Assembly (NCBI GenBank): GCA_951406725.2
Contig: OX597826.1
Span: 5,766,001-5,830,000 of the forward strand
Direction: 5' to 3'
DNA length: 64,000 nucleotides
DNA from: Octopus vulgaris
Taxonomy: Eukaryota
The position numbers and the translations under genes are program-made. Positions within the stretch are counted from its first letter, which is position 1. Each line of letters begins with the position of its first letter. The notes beneath the pieces were generated by a model that was not told where the DNA came from, did no database searches, and saw only the letters and a list, made by a program, of their open reading frames with translations. Below are positions 1-12,560 of this stretch, piece by piece.

Positions 1-376
1 TACAGTTGGTTCTCAATAGGAGGTCAGACCACGTTAGAGCAATTGCTTATATTAGAAGATACACATTTAGGAATGGCCGGAAGGAAGCTGTCTATAATTG
101 TGTTTGTAAAGAGAGAAGTGTGAGACGGTTTCAAGGAAATATAAAGAGCAAAGACTAACTGGAAGATATTCTTGATGTCTATAATTTATTTTTGTCTTTA
201 CCTTTATGTTTAATTCATCTGTGTAGGAGTTTGTGCACTTTTTAACATACATAGACATAAAAATATATGCATACACTCATATAGATACAGTTATAAAAAG
301 AGCAGCTGTGATATTCTGTATAAATTCTTGTATATATACACTCACAGGCATATATTTGCGTATGTATATATGTATG

Positions 377-429
<53 letters not shown>

Positions 430-480
430 CTATAGATAGATATATACAGATGTATATATACATATATGTATGTATATGTG

Positions 481-533
<53 letters not shown>

Positions 534-664
534 ATATACGTGTTTAAAATATATATTGCATATTCTATATATACAATCAATATACATATATATCAAGATA
601 TATATATATATATATACATGCATGTGTGTGTGTGTGTCTAAGTGTGTGTATGTATATGTGTGAG

Positions 665-706
<42 letters not shown>

Positions 707-1133
707 TAATTTAAAAGGTTATATTATTCTACTGAATTATTTCAACATATACATCATGCTACATTTAATCTAAATGATTTAAGGCATTGAAATTTGTCAG
801 AAAACTAAATTTAAATTTTGCATAAATTCCCTAAATAAAGATCGAGAGTATTTGATCGCTAATCGAATGCAGATTTCTGAATATTAAAATTCAGCATCAA
901 ATGAACTTCGATTGATCAAGTAAAAGTACATAAACTGCACTTTGCGGAGCTTTAGGTCGAAAATGTTTTGCGACATCGAATCCTTCAAAGGTTAAATTGT
1001 CATATAATAACAGTCATTTTAATTACATTTTATCTATATTTATAGTCTTCGTCATTTTATTAATCAATATATTTAGTTGTATAGCAAAATACATCTGTAT
1101 AAATAGATAGAATAAAAAAAACACAGTTTGCTA

Positions 1134-1699
1134 GTGGGTTGTCCGGAAAGTTCGTGCCGATTTTTAAAGGAAACTAAAATCTCAATAAATACTTGCCATT
1201 ACATTTTTAATCAACCAAATATGAGCCATTTTCTTGAACACTGCGTCTCCATCTTTCTTTTAACTTAAAAACACCCACTTCCCAGAACTAAGGTTGTTTC
1301 ATGGCTAAGCATTCATCAAGGTATCTTTTTACGTCATCCAAGGAATTGAAATTTTTACCACTAAGACTATTCTGCAGAGACCTGAATAGGTGGAAATCAA
1401 AAGGAACCATATCTTGTGAATATGAAGGGTGGGGTAATACATCCCAGCCGAGCTGCAGCAATTTCTGTCTGGTTCCCAAAGGATCAAGTGTCGAAAATGA
1501 ACTTTCTAATCTTCCATTTTAAAGGGTTGCAGAATTAACACAGGTTATTGGAACATAAACCTTCTTCCACGAAAAGATAGCTTAAACTGTGTTCTAAATG
1601 GAGCTGTAGCTAAATGCTATTTTATTGACTCAAACATGTTGTAAATTAAGTCGAAATGTAAGCTACTATAAATCGGCAAGAACTTTCCGGACAACCCCA
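1134..1699 (-). mobile_element. Internally deleted mariner (Tc1/mariner) DNA transposon with both TIRs
   Basis: TIRs GTGGGTTGTCCGGAAAGTTCGTGCCGATTT (1134-1163) and AAATCGGCAAGAACTTTCCGGACAACCCCA (1670-1699), flanked by TA at 1132-1133 and 1700-1701; transposase remnants inside. Confidence 0.93.
1207..1517 (-). pseudogene. Mariner transposase remnant (N-terminal stub fused to C-terminal part)
   Basis: Minus strand gives MED*KVHFRHLILWE, then in another frame TRQKLLQLGWDVLPHPSYSQDMVPFDFHLFRSLQN...*FWEVGVFKLKERWRRSVQENGSYLVD*; matches the mariner HPPYSPDLAPSDFHLF motif; contains stops. Confidence 0.9.
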
Positions 1700-2544
1700 T
1701 AATTGTATACTAGATCTACATAGGATATATAGCGGTGAAATAAATATATTTAATATAGGTTACGGAAATTTATTAAATATTTCATTTATCAGAGTTTTAG
1801 ACTATTTGAATATGACATTCCTGGAGGACCGACAAGATAGTTAAAAGAATATATACCAAAAGGGAATATAGCCAAGTTGACGTGGATATTGTGCTGGAGT
1901 TCCACAGAGGCATTCACCTTGACAGATTCTCTCAGAGAGACGCATCGCTAACAGATAAACATGAACATACTGGGTCTCTGCAATAACAGATATCGACTCA
2001 TCTCATACCAGCCGAATCTCATTGCCAATGATATAGACAATTACGCTTCCGTCATCGTGTCCCAAGTAGATTTTTCCCTGTATTTGCTTCTTAAGTTTCT
2101 TAGTGTAGTTCCCCCTTAACTGATAATTAACATCATGATTTATCGTCTACCACTACCCTGCCACTTTTTTCATAGACAGTTACATTTTCTAAGACATTGG
2201 CTCTTCCTAATGACTTATTTCCTATCACTTGGAGAAAAGGGATACCTATGATAATATTTACGATCCTACCAAGCTATGAGTTGTGAACACACTCTGGTTC
2301 TTTACTCACAATAGGCAGAGTCTTCTAGTCTTATATTTAATACATAGAAAAGAGAAATATACATTCAAAATAACTTACAATACTGACAACCTTATGATAC
2401 CACTTGGCTCCATGCGATTCTAAGGAATTGTAGTCTATTCATAGCCACTCCACTACTTGAATTTCTTCCATCTTCTTACTGTGCTAAAATATTTAAATTA
2501 AATTATTTTAACATCTCCTAATTGTTAAAAAGTGTTATATTTTG

Positions 2545-2856
2545 TGCAGCTGAAGATAGCATTGCGTTTAAATTGATGTAACGATTGCAATGTTCAGAAG
2601 GCGGCGAGTTGGCAGAATCGATAGCACACCGGGCGAAAGATTTAGCGGTATTTCGTTTGCCGTTAAGTTCTGAGTTCAAATTCCGCCGAGTTTGACTTTG
2701 CCTTTCATCCTTTCGGGGTCGATAAATTAAGCTCCCCCAAAATTTCGGGCCTTCTGCTTAGAGTAGAAAAGGACTGCATTGTTCAGTTAAATGGGGCCAC
2801 ATGAAATGATCGTACAGCATTACTAATTGATATCCTTTTGCTTATTGTGATTATAC
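2545..2856 (+). mobile_element. Hammerhead-like short element (single arm, same family as the 35534-35730 fold-back), interrupted by a SINE
   Basis: TGCAG-CTGAAGA (core 2550-2556) ... GAAA-TGATCG-TA-CAGCA (2803-2819); tail ttgatatccttttgcttattgtgattat resembles the 35534-35730 arms; ends at a (TG)/(TA)n tract. Confidence 0.5.
2598..2771 (+). mobile_element. SINE family A (tRNA-derived), alternative-tail subfamily, internally deleted
   Basis: Head aaggcggcgagttggcagaa, B-box-like gagttcaaattcc, body gcctttcatcctttcggggtcgataaa; imperfect 15-bp TSD gattgcaatgttcag (2583-2597) / gactgcattgttcag (2772-2786). Confidence 0.88.
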
Positions 2857-2865
2857 AGATGTGTG

Positions 2866-2942
<77 letters not shown>

Positions 2943-3077
2943 GTATATATTTATATATATATATACATATACGTATGTACATATATAGGTATGTGTGTAT
3001 ACATACATATATACATATATGTGTGTTTAAATATACGTAGATATGTATACATATATATAAACATATATATGTATATA

Positions 3078-3118
<41 letters not shown>

Positions 3119-3960
3119 GTATTCAGATGCTGATAGATAAACATTAACAAATAATGGATTCATGTAACTACTGTCTTGATCCATATCTTAACAATTTTTA
3201 TCGTTTTTCCCAGCCACTTTAATAGCAAGAAACACAGTAATTATAAGCCCGTCGTATAAAGCTTACATACTGTCAGAAGATTGACAGTTCTTCGTGTCCT
3301 ACTGACCTTTTCCTTTCACAAAAATTCTGTTGAAGACTGATTTACGACAAACAAGACAAATAAGAAGTATAAAAATCATTGTGTACTAAAATATATTTGG
3401 AAAAAATATTTTCAGAGACAGTTGAAGTGGAATTACAGATATTGAGTGCAAATTGAAGACTTCAATATATCATTATAGATTTATGTATATATGCATACAT
3501 GTTTGTGCATATTTATGCCTATATCTGAATGTAAATATATAAGTGTTAAATATGTGGCTTGAAATATACATATATATATATATAAATATGTATGTATGCA
3601 TGTATGTATGTATATATTTAAAAATTAGGCCATTGATGCTTATATTTCCATATGTGTGCATATATACATATATGTATGTACATTTATATATATATATATA
3701 TAGTGTGTGCGTGTGTATTTATCTATCTGTCTCTCTGTCTCTCTGTATGAATATATATGTGACGTTTTAATGATCCTTAGTGATAAACGTACATTATCTT
3801 TTAACCTGTGAACGTTGGTATATCAAAAACTTTAAATTCCTAAGCACTCTTCCAAAATAGAAACAAAAGCGCAACCCTCAAGCACATCCACAATAGTAAA
3901 TGCATTCAGTTATGAAATAATGATCAACATATACATCAAAATAAAGCGACTGTCTGTACG

Positions 3961-4326
3961 TGCAAATTATATTTGCACGGCGACCATACTGATGAGCTCT
4001 TATATGTATGTAATTTATTTTTTTCTGAATCTTGGTAGAACTATATACATGTTCAATCTCATGCGAATGTCTTGTGTATATTTCTGCAAATTACAGTTGC
4101 GAAGACGATCATACTGATGAGCTACGGACAATTGCGTAAGTAAATCTGAAAGTGGTAATAGCGAAACGGATTTGTGCTTAATCTATATTTTGTTTCTTTT
4201 CATTTGTCTTGCTCGCTTACGTTCTGGCGTTTGCTAACTTTTCTTGAATACATTCTTTTTTTAGTGATAAGACCATAGCGGATCTACTTCTAGCATAACG
4301 GATGTCCAAGTAGTGGTCATCCTTCT

Positions 4327-4330
<4 letters not shown>
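3961..4330 (+). mobile_element. Tandem hammerhead-like units (Penelope pLTR-like), ~125-bp period
   Basis: tgcaaatta...cga(c/t)cataCTGATGAgct occurs twice (cores 3989-3995 and 4114-4120). Second unit reads CTGATGA-GCTA...TAGC-GAAAC (to 4167). Region ends at (TGTA)n. Confidence 0.55.
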
Positions 4331-4358
<28 letters not shown>

Positions 4359-4401
4359 TGGATGTATGTATGTATGTATGTATGTATGTATATATCAATC
4401 A

Positions 4402-4498
<97 letters not shown>

Positions 4499-4700
4499 AA
4501 TTTATCTATCTATCTGTTGATGTATGTATGTATGTATAAATATATATATACACACATATGCAAACACATCCGAGTATGTATGATGAACAATTATGTATAT
4601 ATGTATGCATACATGTATGTTTGTATGTATGTATGTATGTCTGTATGTATGTATGTATATACGTATCTATGTATGACTGTATATATGTGTGTATGTATAC
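4330..4700. repeat. Compound (TGTA)n/(TCTA)n microsatellite
   Basis: Direct reading of tetranucleotide tracts. Confidence 0.95.
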
Positions 4701-5120
4701 GCATTTGCACATCTTTACTATGTAATTGCGGAAATAATCTGATAACATTTTTACTTCTGTTATATTTGTCTTTTATATATTTAACAACAAATCCCACACG
4801 GAATCCATTTTAAATTCTTGATTACTCAATAGAATATCTTACTATGCTGAACAAAAATGTACGTAATAGCATTGGGCAGTCAATATTGTCTGTAATATGT
4901 AAGAAATCTTGTTGACATATCCGTCTTTATTTTAATGTTTCATTTAAATTTTAAAATAGATTAGACTGTCTGAATGTGTTTTCTCAGTTAGCCTCCTCTA
5001 TGCAGTTTTCTTCTGCTTTGTATATCTAGTCAAGCGAATTTTGATTATGCTGATTACAAAAAGAAATAAATCATATCTACGTCCAAGTATTTTTCTTTCC
5101 TAAATCGTTATATATATGGT

Positions 5121-5170
<50 letters not shown>

Positions 5171-5181
5171 TAGAGATAGAC

Positions 5182-5264
<83 letters not shown>

Positions 5265-5268
5265 CTTG

Positions 5269-5303
<35 letters not shown>

Positions 5304-5571
5304 AGAAGACTTAGATATGTTGAGAAAAAGATTGTTCCAGGCCATGCCCAACTTGATGGTATCACCTGAAATGAGTTGGTAAATTCATTTTAAGTTATGT
5401 TTTGTTGTATTAGGCCCCATTCAATTAGGGGTTTATTGTTGAATGAGTTGCATCCAGTGATAAATGGCTACTGTGGTATCCGTTGAAGAAATTTTTCCAG
5501 AATCCGTTTAAAGGTGATGGGATCCTCTTCCTCTTTGATCTGTTTCGGGACAATGTTAAATATATTAACCA

Positions 5572-5721
5572 CAGTACGCAAGTGGTACTTAATTTATCGA
5601 ATCCGAGAGGATGAAAGGCAAATTCGACCTCGGCAGAATTTGAACTCAGGACATAAAGAGAGACGAAATACCGCTAAGCATATCGCCTGGCGTGCAAATG
5701 TTTCTGCCACCTTTTCGCCTT
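5572..5721 (-). mobile_element. SINE family A, 3'-truncated
   Basis: Reverse complement of head and body (ggatgaaaggcaaattcgacctcggcagaatttgaactcag...tcgcctt). Confidence 0.85.
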
Positions 5722-5737
5722 GTAGCAGCTGTATGTA

Positions 5738-5960
5738 TTTATTTCTTTATTGCCCACAGGGAGCTAAACATAGAGGAGACAAACAAAGGCAGATAAAGGG
5801 ATTAAGTCAATTACATCTACTCCAGTGCGTAGTTGGTACTTATGTAACCAACCCCTAAGGGATGAAAAGCTAAGTCAAACTCAAAGTAATTTGAACTATG
5901 AACGCAGCGGCAGACGAAATACCAATTTCTTCATTGCCCACAGGGGTCGAAATACAGAAA
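5738..5960 (-). mobile_element. SINE family A, head-less tandem multimer
   Basis: Tail plus body unit, then a second tail; minus-strand junction reads aagaaattGGTATTTCGtctgccg (~5910-5932). Confidence 0.8.
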
Positions 5961-6087
5961 TGGCGAAAACAACTGATTGGGATAAGTAATACGTTATGAC
6001 TTAACATAAAATATGAATATAAAAAATTATATAAAATATAAAATTCGCCAAACGCCGACCCTAGAAGCCCTGATGTATCGCTGATAC

Positions 6088-7640
6088 CTTTTTTTTTTTC
6101 TTTTGTAGCCTATTCACAGGGTTCCTTGCACGCACTCATGCAACATGTTTCCATCTCTTTTTCAAACTCTATTTCTCCGACAGACAGCTCTCCTCCAGCC
6201 ACATCTTCCTTTTCAAATGAAAAGTAAAACATTATCGTAAATCGTGGCCGAAGATAAAATTGCCTGTCTTAATCCCTTTTATCCTAGACCTCCATATTGC
6301 CACTTTCACCTATTGCTACAACCGTGATAAAACAATTTTTACCTTCGTTTGTTAAAACTTCCGGTTTGTCAATTTTCCTAACTGACTCAGTCGGCAGCCG
6401 TGCTCGTCCTTCGCCGGACAACAGGTGTTCAGCATAAACCCACATTTCAGGTATCTCCAGACACTGGAACCCCTACCATGTGGAGCCCCTATGTGTGGAG
6501 CCTCTACCACTGGCTTTGCCCAAGCGCCGGAATAGCAGGAGAGCCTTACGGCACTCTTTATGCCATTCACTCGACCTCGGTCTTCAAAAACACCAGGCTT
6601 CCTGTTGGTAAAAACTTTTGAACTCGTGGAACATTTGTCTGGCCAGTGGAGACCACATCCGTTCACCATCAAGGAGAATCGAGAGATGCCTCAACCTCAA
6701 CGCATGCCTGCGCATCATTTACCAAGGCATCCCTTTAATGTCTTTTCACAACAGACAAAGCGTTTTACAAGTAGCCACCTGCCCTTCCACAAAATCGAAG
6801 GAGTTGTCTCTGCAACCTGATCAAACACGAATACGGACAGGGCACGAGGGTCACGTGGTTGGTAATGACCAATGCGATAAGCTCATTGGTCACCTCTGCC
6901 CTCCTTTTCAGGGATAGGCACCGCCAAGACAAGCTCTTGAGTACTGCAGCCACCCTGCCCAAAACCTCCGTCCAGTTCTTCTCTATCTGAAGGTGAGGTC
7001 CAAACCAAACTCTCAGCAAGTTAACCGGTCCCTCTGTACAGCGCTAAAACAACGCTATCTGAAGGCATCAACGTGCCAACCCAGGTGCCGAGCTGCAAGC
7101 CGACCTGCTTTTCCCAGTTAATCTTTGCTCATTCCACCGTCTCGTAAACCTCAATAGCTTTACCCAGTTCACGTAGGGGTGCTACCGTGGTTACGCTGAT
7201 AGTAATATCGTCGTCGTAAGCTGTAAGAAACTCCTCCAAACCTGGTTCTCTTGGGATATCACTCAAACTTCGCAGTAGGGGCTTAAGAGCCGCCACAAAC
7301 AAAAGTGATGAGAGCGGACAGCCTTTACGAAACGAGCGCCTGATACCGAACGGCTTCGAAAGGAAACCATTCACCCGAACTATCGAGTCAATGTGGTGAT
7401 ACCCGAAGCCACCTGAGGAAGACAAGGTGTAGGCCGAAGGGTGCAAGCACAGTCGCCAGGTATCGATGGACAATCCTATCAAATGCTGTAGACTGATCCA
7501 AATATACCAATGCCCCACCTTTGCCAGATTTATCACCAACACTCTCTATGGTATAGCGAAAAAGGTGGAGATTATCCTGAATGGTTCTGCCTGGGATGGC
7601 ACATGTCTGTACATTCGCTCGAATAAAATCTTTTAAGGCT
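6088..7640 (-). mobile_element. L1/Tx1-clade LINE fragment (degenerate ORF2 RT to 3' end)
   Basis: Frameshifted RT motifs QTCAIPGRTIQDNLHL, LDQSTAFDRIVH, RKGCPLSSLLF, AYDDDIT (YADD equivalent), LRVWFG...NW; T-run at ~6088-6104 fits a poly(A) tail on the minus strand. Confidence 0.9.
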
Positions 7641-7642
7641 CG

Positions 7643-7688
7643 GCTCCAGCATGGCCGCAATCAAATAACTGAGGCAAGTAAAGGGTAA
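7643..7688 (+). mobile_element. SINE family B terminal fragment abutting the 5' truncation of the L1/Tx1 element
   Basis: gctccagcatggccgcaatcaaataactgaggcaagtaaaag matches the tail of the full copy at ~48016-48060. Confidence 0.75.
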
Positions 7689-7946
7689 CTATTCTTAATT
7701 TAGCAATATACAGCAATGTCCTGTAGCAATATACGTTTGGCCTCTACGGTTGATATCGTACATGCTGTGTGTAAAACAGTGTGAAGAATGTGGTTTGCGT
7801 TTTGAATTATATCTAAAAGAGTTAATGCTTTCTTTCAGAATGTTTGGCGTTTGACGGTATATTATTTGACATTTAAAGATGGATGATATGCACGGAAAAA
7901 AGAAAATGCAAAATTTTAGACTAAATGTGATAAAGATGACAGCAAA

Positions 7947-8195
7947 TATGATGATGATGATGGTGATGATGATGGTGATGATGATGATGATGATGACGAC
8001 GACGACGATGACGACGACGATCACAGTAAAGATGGCGACAGCAATAATGATAATCCTGATAGTGCTGTTTGAAATTGATAGTGCCGTGGATGGAGAGGGG
8101 GATTCTGTGGATGATAATGATGGTGATGATGATGATGATGATGACGACCATGATGGTGATGATGATGATGGTGAAGTCTAAGAACTTGAGAAAGG

Positions 8196-8235
<40 letters not shown>

Positions 8236-8560
8236 GGATGCATCAATATAAAGATGAGTTTAAGAATGACGATAATGTTGTTATAATTAATGATGATGAA
8301 GAAGAAGCGGAGGACGAGGAGAAGGGTGTTGATGATGATGATGATGATGATGATGTGACGGCGTTAATTAGAGTGATGACGGGGAGAACGGTCCAAATAA
8401 CGAGAATAATTCGGGCGATAAATTTGATGAGTCGATGACAACGACGACGATGGTGATCATGATGATGATAATGATGATGATGAGAGGCAGGAGGAGGAGC
8501 AGCAGGAGGAGGAGCAGAGGAGGAGGAGAAGCAGGAGGAGGAGGAGGAGGAAGAGGAAAC
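7947..8560. repeat. (GAT)n/(GAC)n/(GAG)n trinucleotide low-complexity tract
   Basis: Direct reading; source of the poly-Met/Asp/His pseudo-ORFs. Confidence 0.92.
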
Positions 8561-9174
8561 AAACAGAAGAATAGCGATGAGACCCATAATCATTTTAGTA
8601 ACGTTTGAGAAAAATGTGAAAAAAAATATATTAAGATAAAAATGATGGACAGGTTGAAAACTTGTCGATGTCCAAGTAAAGGCGCTGTTCGTTGTGTGTT
8701 TTTTAAATACTCGTATATACAGTTTTTTCTAAGATATTTTATTAACTATATTTTTTTCTTTACAAACGAATCTTGCTAGTAACCTTATCTCCTTTGCCGT
8801 CCACCGACATCGTGGCATATATTTTAATGTTAAGTAGAATCGTATCCTGAAGAGTATAATCTGAGATTTATGGATACTAAGAGCCTAAGTGACAGCAATA
8901 TCACTTCCATGACATGGAGCCTACCCGCAAAAGTTCTTCATTTAGCTATCTTATTAAGGTCACGACCTCCTCACCCAGTTCAAGTGCAGGAAGTATAAAT
9001 GAGAGCAATGGTGTTGGCTGTAGAGGAAAATGTTTGCACGCGAAAACACCCACACACACGCACGCACACTCAAACACAGACATGCACACAGACCCAAACT
9101 CACATACTCACACATACACACACATATATAAATATATATATAAATGTATATATACATATGTATATATATACATA

Positions 9175-9247
<73 letters not shown>

Positions 9248-9400
9248 ATATACATATATATATATATATATGTATGTATATATGTGTATATATATATGCT
9301 TACGAATTTAATCTTTTATTTATGCAAACACACACGTGGACCAAACTATCTTTCTATCTATCATTTCTCAATTTCCCCATATATGTATAAGGTGTGTGTT

Positions 9401-9436
<36 letters not shown>

Positions 9437-9660
9437 GAGGGAGAACAGTCAGACAGATAGGTAGACAATCTTCTTTGTTAAACATTTTACGCACATGTAT
9501 GTATGATTATGAACGCCATCTATGCATAAAACTAAAACGTTAAATGAAAACAATAATTAGCGAAGTAAGACGAAATGGTTTATATCAATATAATTACATA
9601 ACAGTTATACATCTTGATATTGCTTGGTTAGGTAGTTAGTTAGGTAGGTAGGTAATTAGT

Positions 9661-9960
9661 TATATATAAAAAATACAAAAATGGGACAAGAATACAAAAC
9701 ATTCAGACAGTTATGTGATACAAAACATCCAGACAGACGATACAAAGAAAACCAGAACGGGTCATTCGGAATTTTCTACCCTCAGTCGAGTTCCAGATTA
9801 TCTTTGCAATTTCGGCTGGTTATACTCGAGATTGCTCCAATATGGACAGCCCTGAGGAAAAACTAAGCTAAGAGCTTTAGATTCTCTGAAAGAATACAGC
9901 GAATGTTTACGAAAACAAGGAGGGAAAAGAACAGGGAAATGGTATGAAAATACAAATGCA
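9661..9960 (-). mobile_element. Possible Penelope-like terminal repeat remnant
   Basis: Minus strand has GGCTG...CAGCC-GAAA-TTGCAA (stem II, GAAA, palindrome) but the core is decayed; 3' end abuts TATATATA at 9661. Confidence 0.3.
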
Positions 9961-11596
9961 ATTAACAGGACATAACAATATGTGTCCTTCGACTAAGGAC
10001 GGATTAAATTGAGATGGCCTGTGTGGAAGTAAAGCCTTACGGCAGGGACATAAGGTTTAATAAGAACAGGAAGGACTATAGAATTTGCACGGATGGTAAT
10101 CGAACCAAGAAAGAAAGGTCAGGCATGGACGAACACCGCTCACGTGGAGAGAGAAGAGAGGGAGGTAGAGGCAGGGTGATAGAAGAATTAAGGAAGGGCG
10201 AGAAAAATGAAAGAGACACAGTGAAGTGAAAGAGGAGACAAAGTGAGCATGAAGAGAAGGCCAGGAAATGTGAGAGAAGGGGAACGAAGAAACGAAGAGT
10301 TGGAACGAACTAAGTGTCAAAGGTTTGCCTTTTTTGTTTAGTATTGGTTCACGTTCTTTCTATTTCTTAGGAGAATATCAATGCTCTTCCGACAACTATG
10401 ACAAAAGCATTTCCCCATTACTGTACATCTATCCATGGCACTCCCGTAACTACTATGGTTAAATAAGAGGAAGTCTATGTATCGATGATGAGAATATAAA
10501 ATAATAAATTATGTTCTAATTTGCCTCTATAACGCACTGAAATAGCTAAAATGATGTTTGTGAATGACTACCACTTCATGGATTTTTCCTCAGTAAAAAT
10601 ACTCTCCTGTTACCGTGTTGCTGTGCACACATTAAACATTACGACAATAACCTAAAAATGTTTTTCACAAAAATTGTATTACAAAGAAATTTGCTTCTTG
10701 GATAAATATTCTCTTCTCAGACAAACAACGTACATTCTTTAATAAGATACTCCCGGCTCTATTTTATTTTGGCCCGGCTGTGCATATATGATGCTACAAC
10801 CCATGGATTATGGCGTCAAATCTTGTTCAATGTATTTCCGCATTTGTCCCATGAATTTTCTTAAAGAAAAGGCGTAGTATTATTTGGTGATCGTTATTTT
10901 CTTTTACGTGTATAATTATTTTCTGCAGCATTTTGATAATTCCTTCAATAGATAATTCATTACTAGGCTTATCGTAAATCTATTGCCAATGCACAACATG
11001 ATTAGTTTCTTCAGAGAGTAAATTTTGGAAGTAGAATTACTTGTTCATTACATCGACAGAATTACGTCACTAATAATTTTTATATTATCGATCTATCGAT
11101 CTAATGGATCAGTTTATCATATAGCAACGGTAAGCACGGCACTGACAGTATTTGAACTCAAAATGTAAATGAAAGTTTCTAGATATTGAGATACATCTAA
11201 TATGAACACTTCAGTTTCTGTTACTCTTCTACAATTTCATTAATTAATAAGAATGTTAAGTATTTGTCTTCAGTTAAGTGTATCTCTTAGCAACATATAC
11301 GAAGTATTTGCTATGTACTTAGCATTTTAGGTGTTTCACTAGCATACACAATGCATTGATTACAGATATAGATGGAGTTTCATATACGTTTTCATTGGCT
11401 TTTATTATCATTATTTGCTCGAAATAATTCTCTTATTATTCAGAAGATAGCGTGCAAATATAAAGGGTATTATCCTACCTTTGTGTGACTATATACATTT
11501 ATATACATATATGTGTGTGTATGCGTGTGCGTGTCTATGTGGGCATATCTATAGCTAGGAGTGTTAGTGTCACTCTTCCACTGAGTGAAAACGTAT

Positions 11597-11639
<43 letters not shown>

Positions 11640-11648
11640 TGTGTGTGA

Positions 11649-11708
<60 letters not shown>

Positions 11709-12377
11709 TAATATAAAGAAATGTGTGTGTGTGTGAGTGTGCGTGTGTCTGTATGCACATATAAGCAAACAGAAAGACGGGCGTACGCACATTTACACAC
11801 ATATGTGCACACATATAATTGGAAATGAGGATATATGTGTATTTGGGTGTGTACACAAGAAGCTCACATTGATTCTGCAAATCAATCATGTGTTTATGTA
11901 ATTATGAACACGTCTTTGATGAGAACTTGATCAAACAAAGTAATTAATAAACATTTCTTGTTAACACAATGTTAAAGGCAAAGCAAAGAGTGCCAGTTCT
12001 TTTCCCCTGCAGCCTGGCTGCCGGGAGAATAAAACAAACAATTAGAGGCTTGATTAAATACATGATATTTGTGATAGCAAATGAATTCCAGCAGGCACTA
12101 TTTACTTAATCAAAACCCATATATGTGCTTCGTATTCGAAATTTGAAATCTGTACAAATAATTGAAATTATGCTTCTAATATATTGGATACAACAGGGTC
12201 TTCAACTTATAGAATCTAACGTCATCGCAAATTTGACGAACTAAAATAAACCATCTGTAATTATTATATATCTCCTTGTATACCACAAGAGATTGATGAA
12301 AAAAATAATACATTGCTGTTCTGATAGAATAACTGCAATAACTGCAGTACCGCCATCAGGAGCAACCCCTGGCGCAG

Positions 12378-12379
12378 TT

Positions 12380-12416
<37 letters not shown>

Positions 12417-12560
12417 CAGCAGCATCAGTAGTAGTAGTAGTAGTTGTTGTTGTTGTTGTAGTAGCAGTAGTAGCAGCAGCAGTAGTAGTATTATTAGTAG
12501 AAGTAGCAGCTGCAGCAGTAGTAGTAGTAGTAGGAGTAGTAGTAGTAGCAGCAGCAGCAG
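12378..12560. repeat. (GTA)n/(GTT)n/(GCA)n microsatellite
   Basis: Direct reading. Confidence 0.95.

Noticed and set aside
7695-8593. Poly-Asp/Met/His/Ser ORFs suggesting an acidic protein exon
   Set aside because: Trinucleotide tract open in several frames on both strands, with no domain or splice evidence.
11993-12035. Polypyrimidine-CAG acceptor followed by AATAAA
   Set aside because: No supporting ORF or upstream exon; cannot be distinguished from chance.
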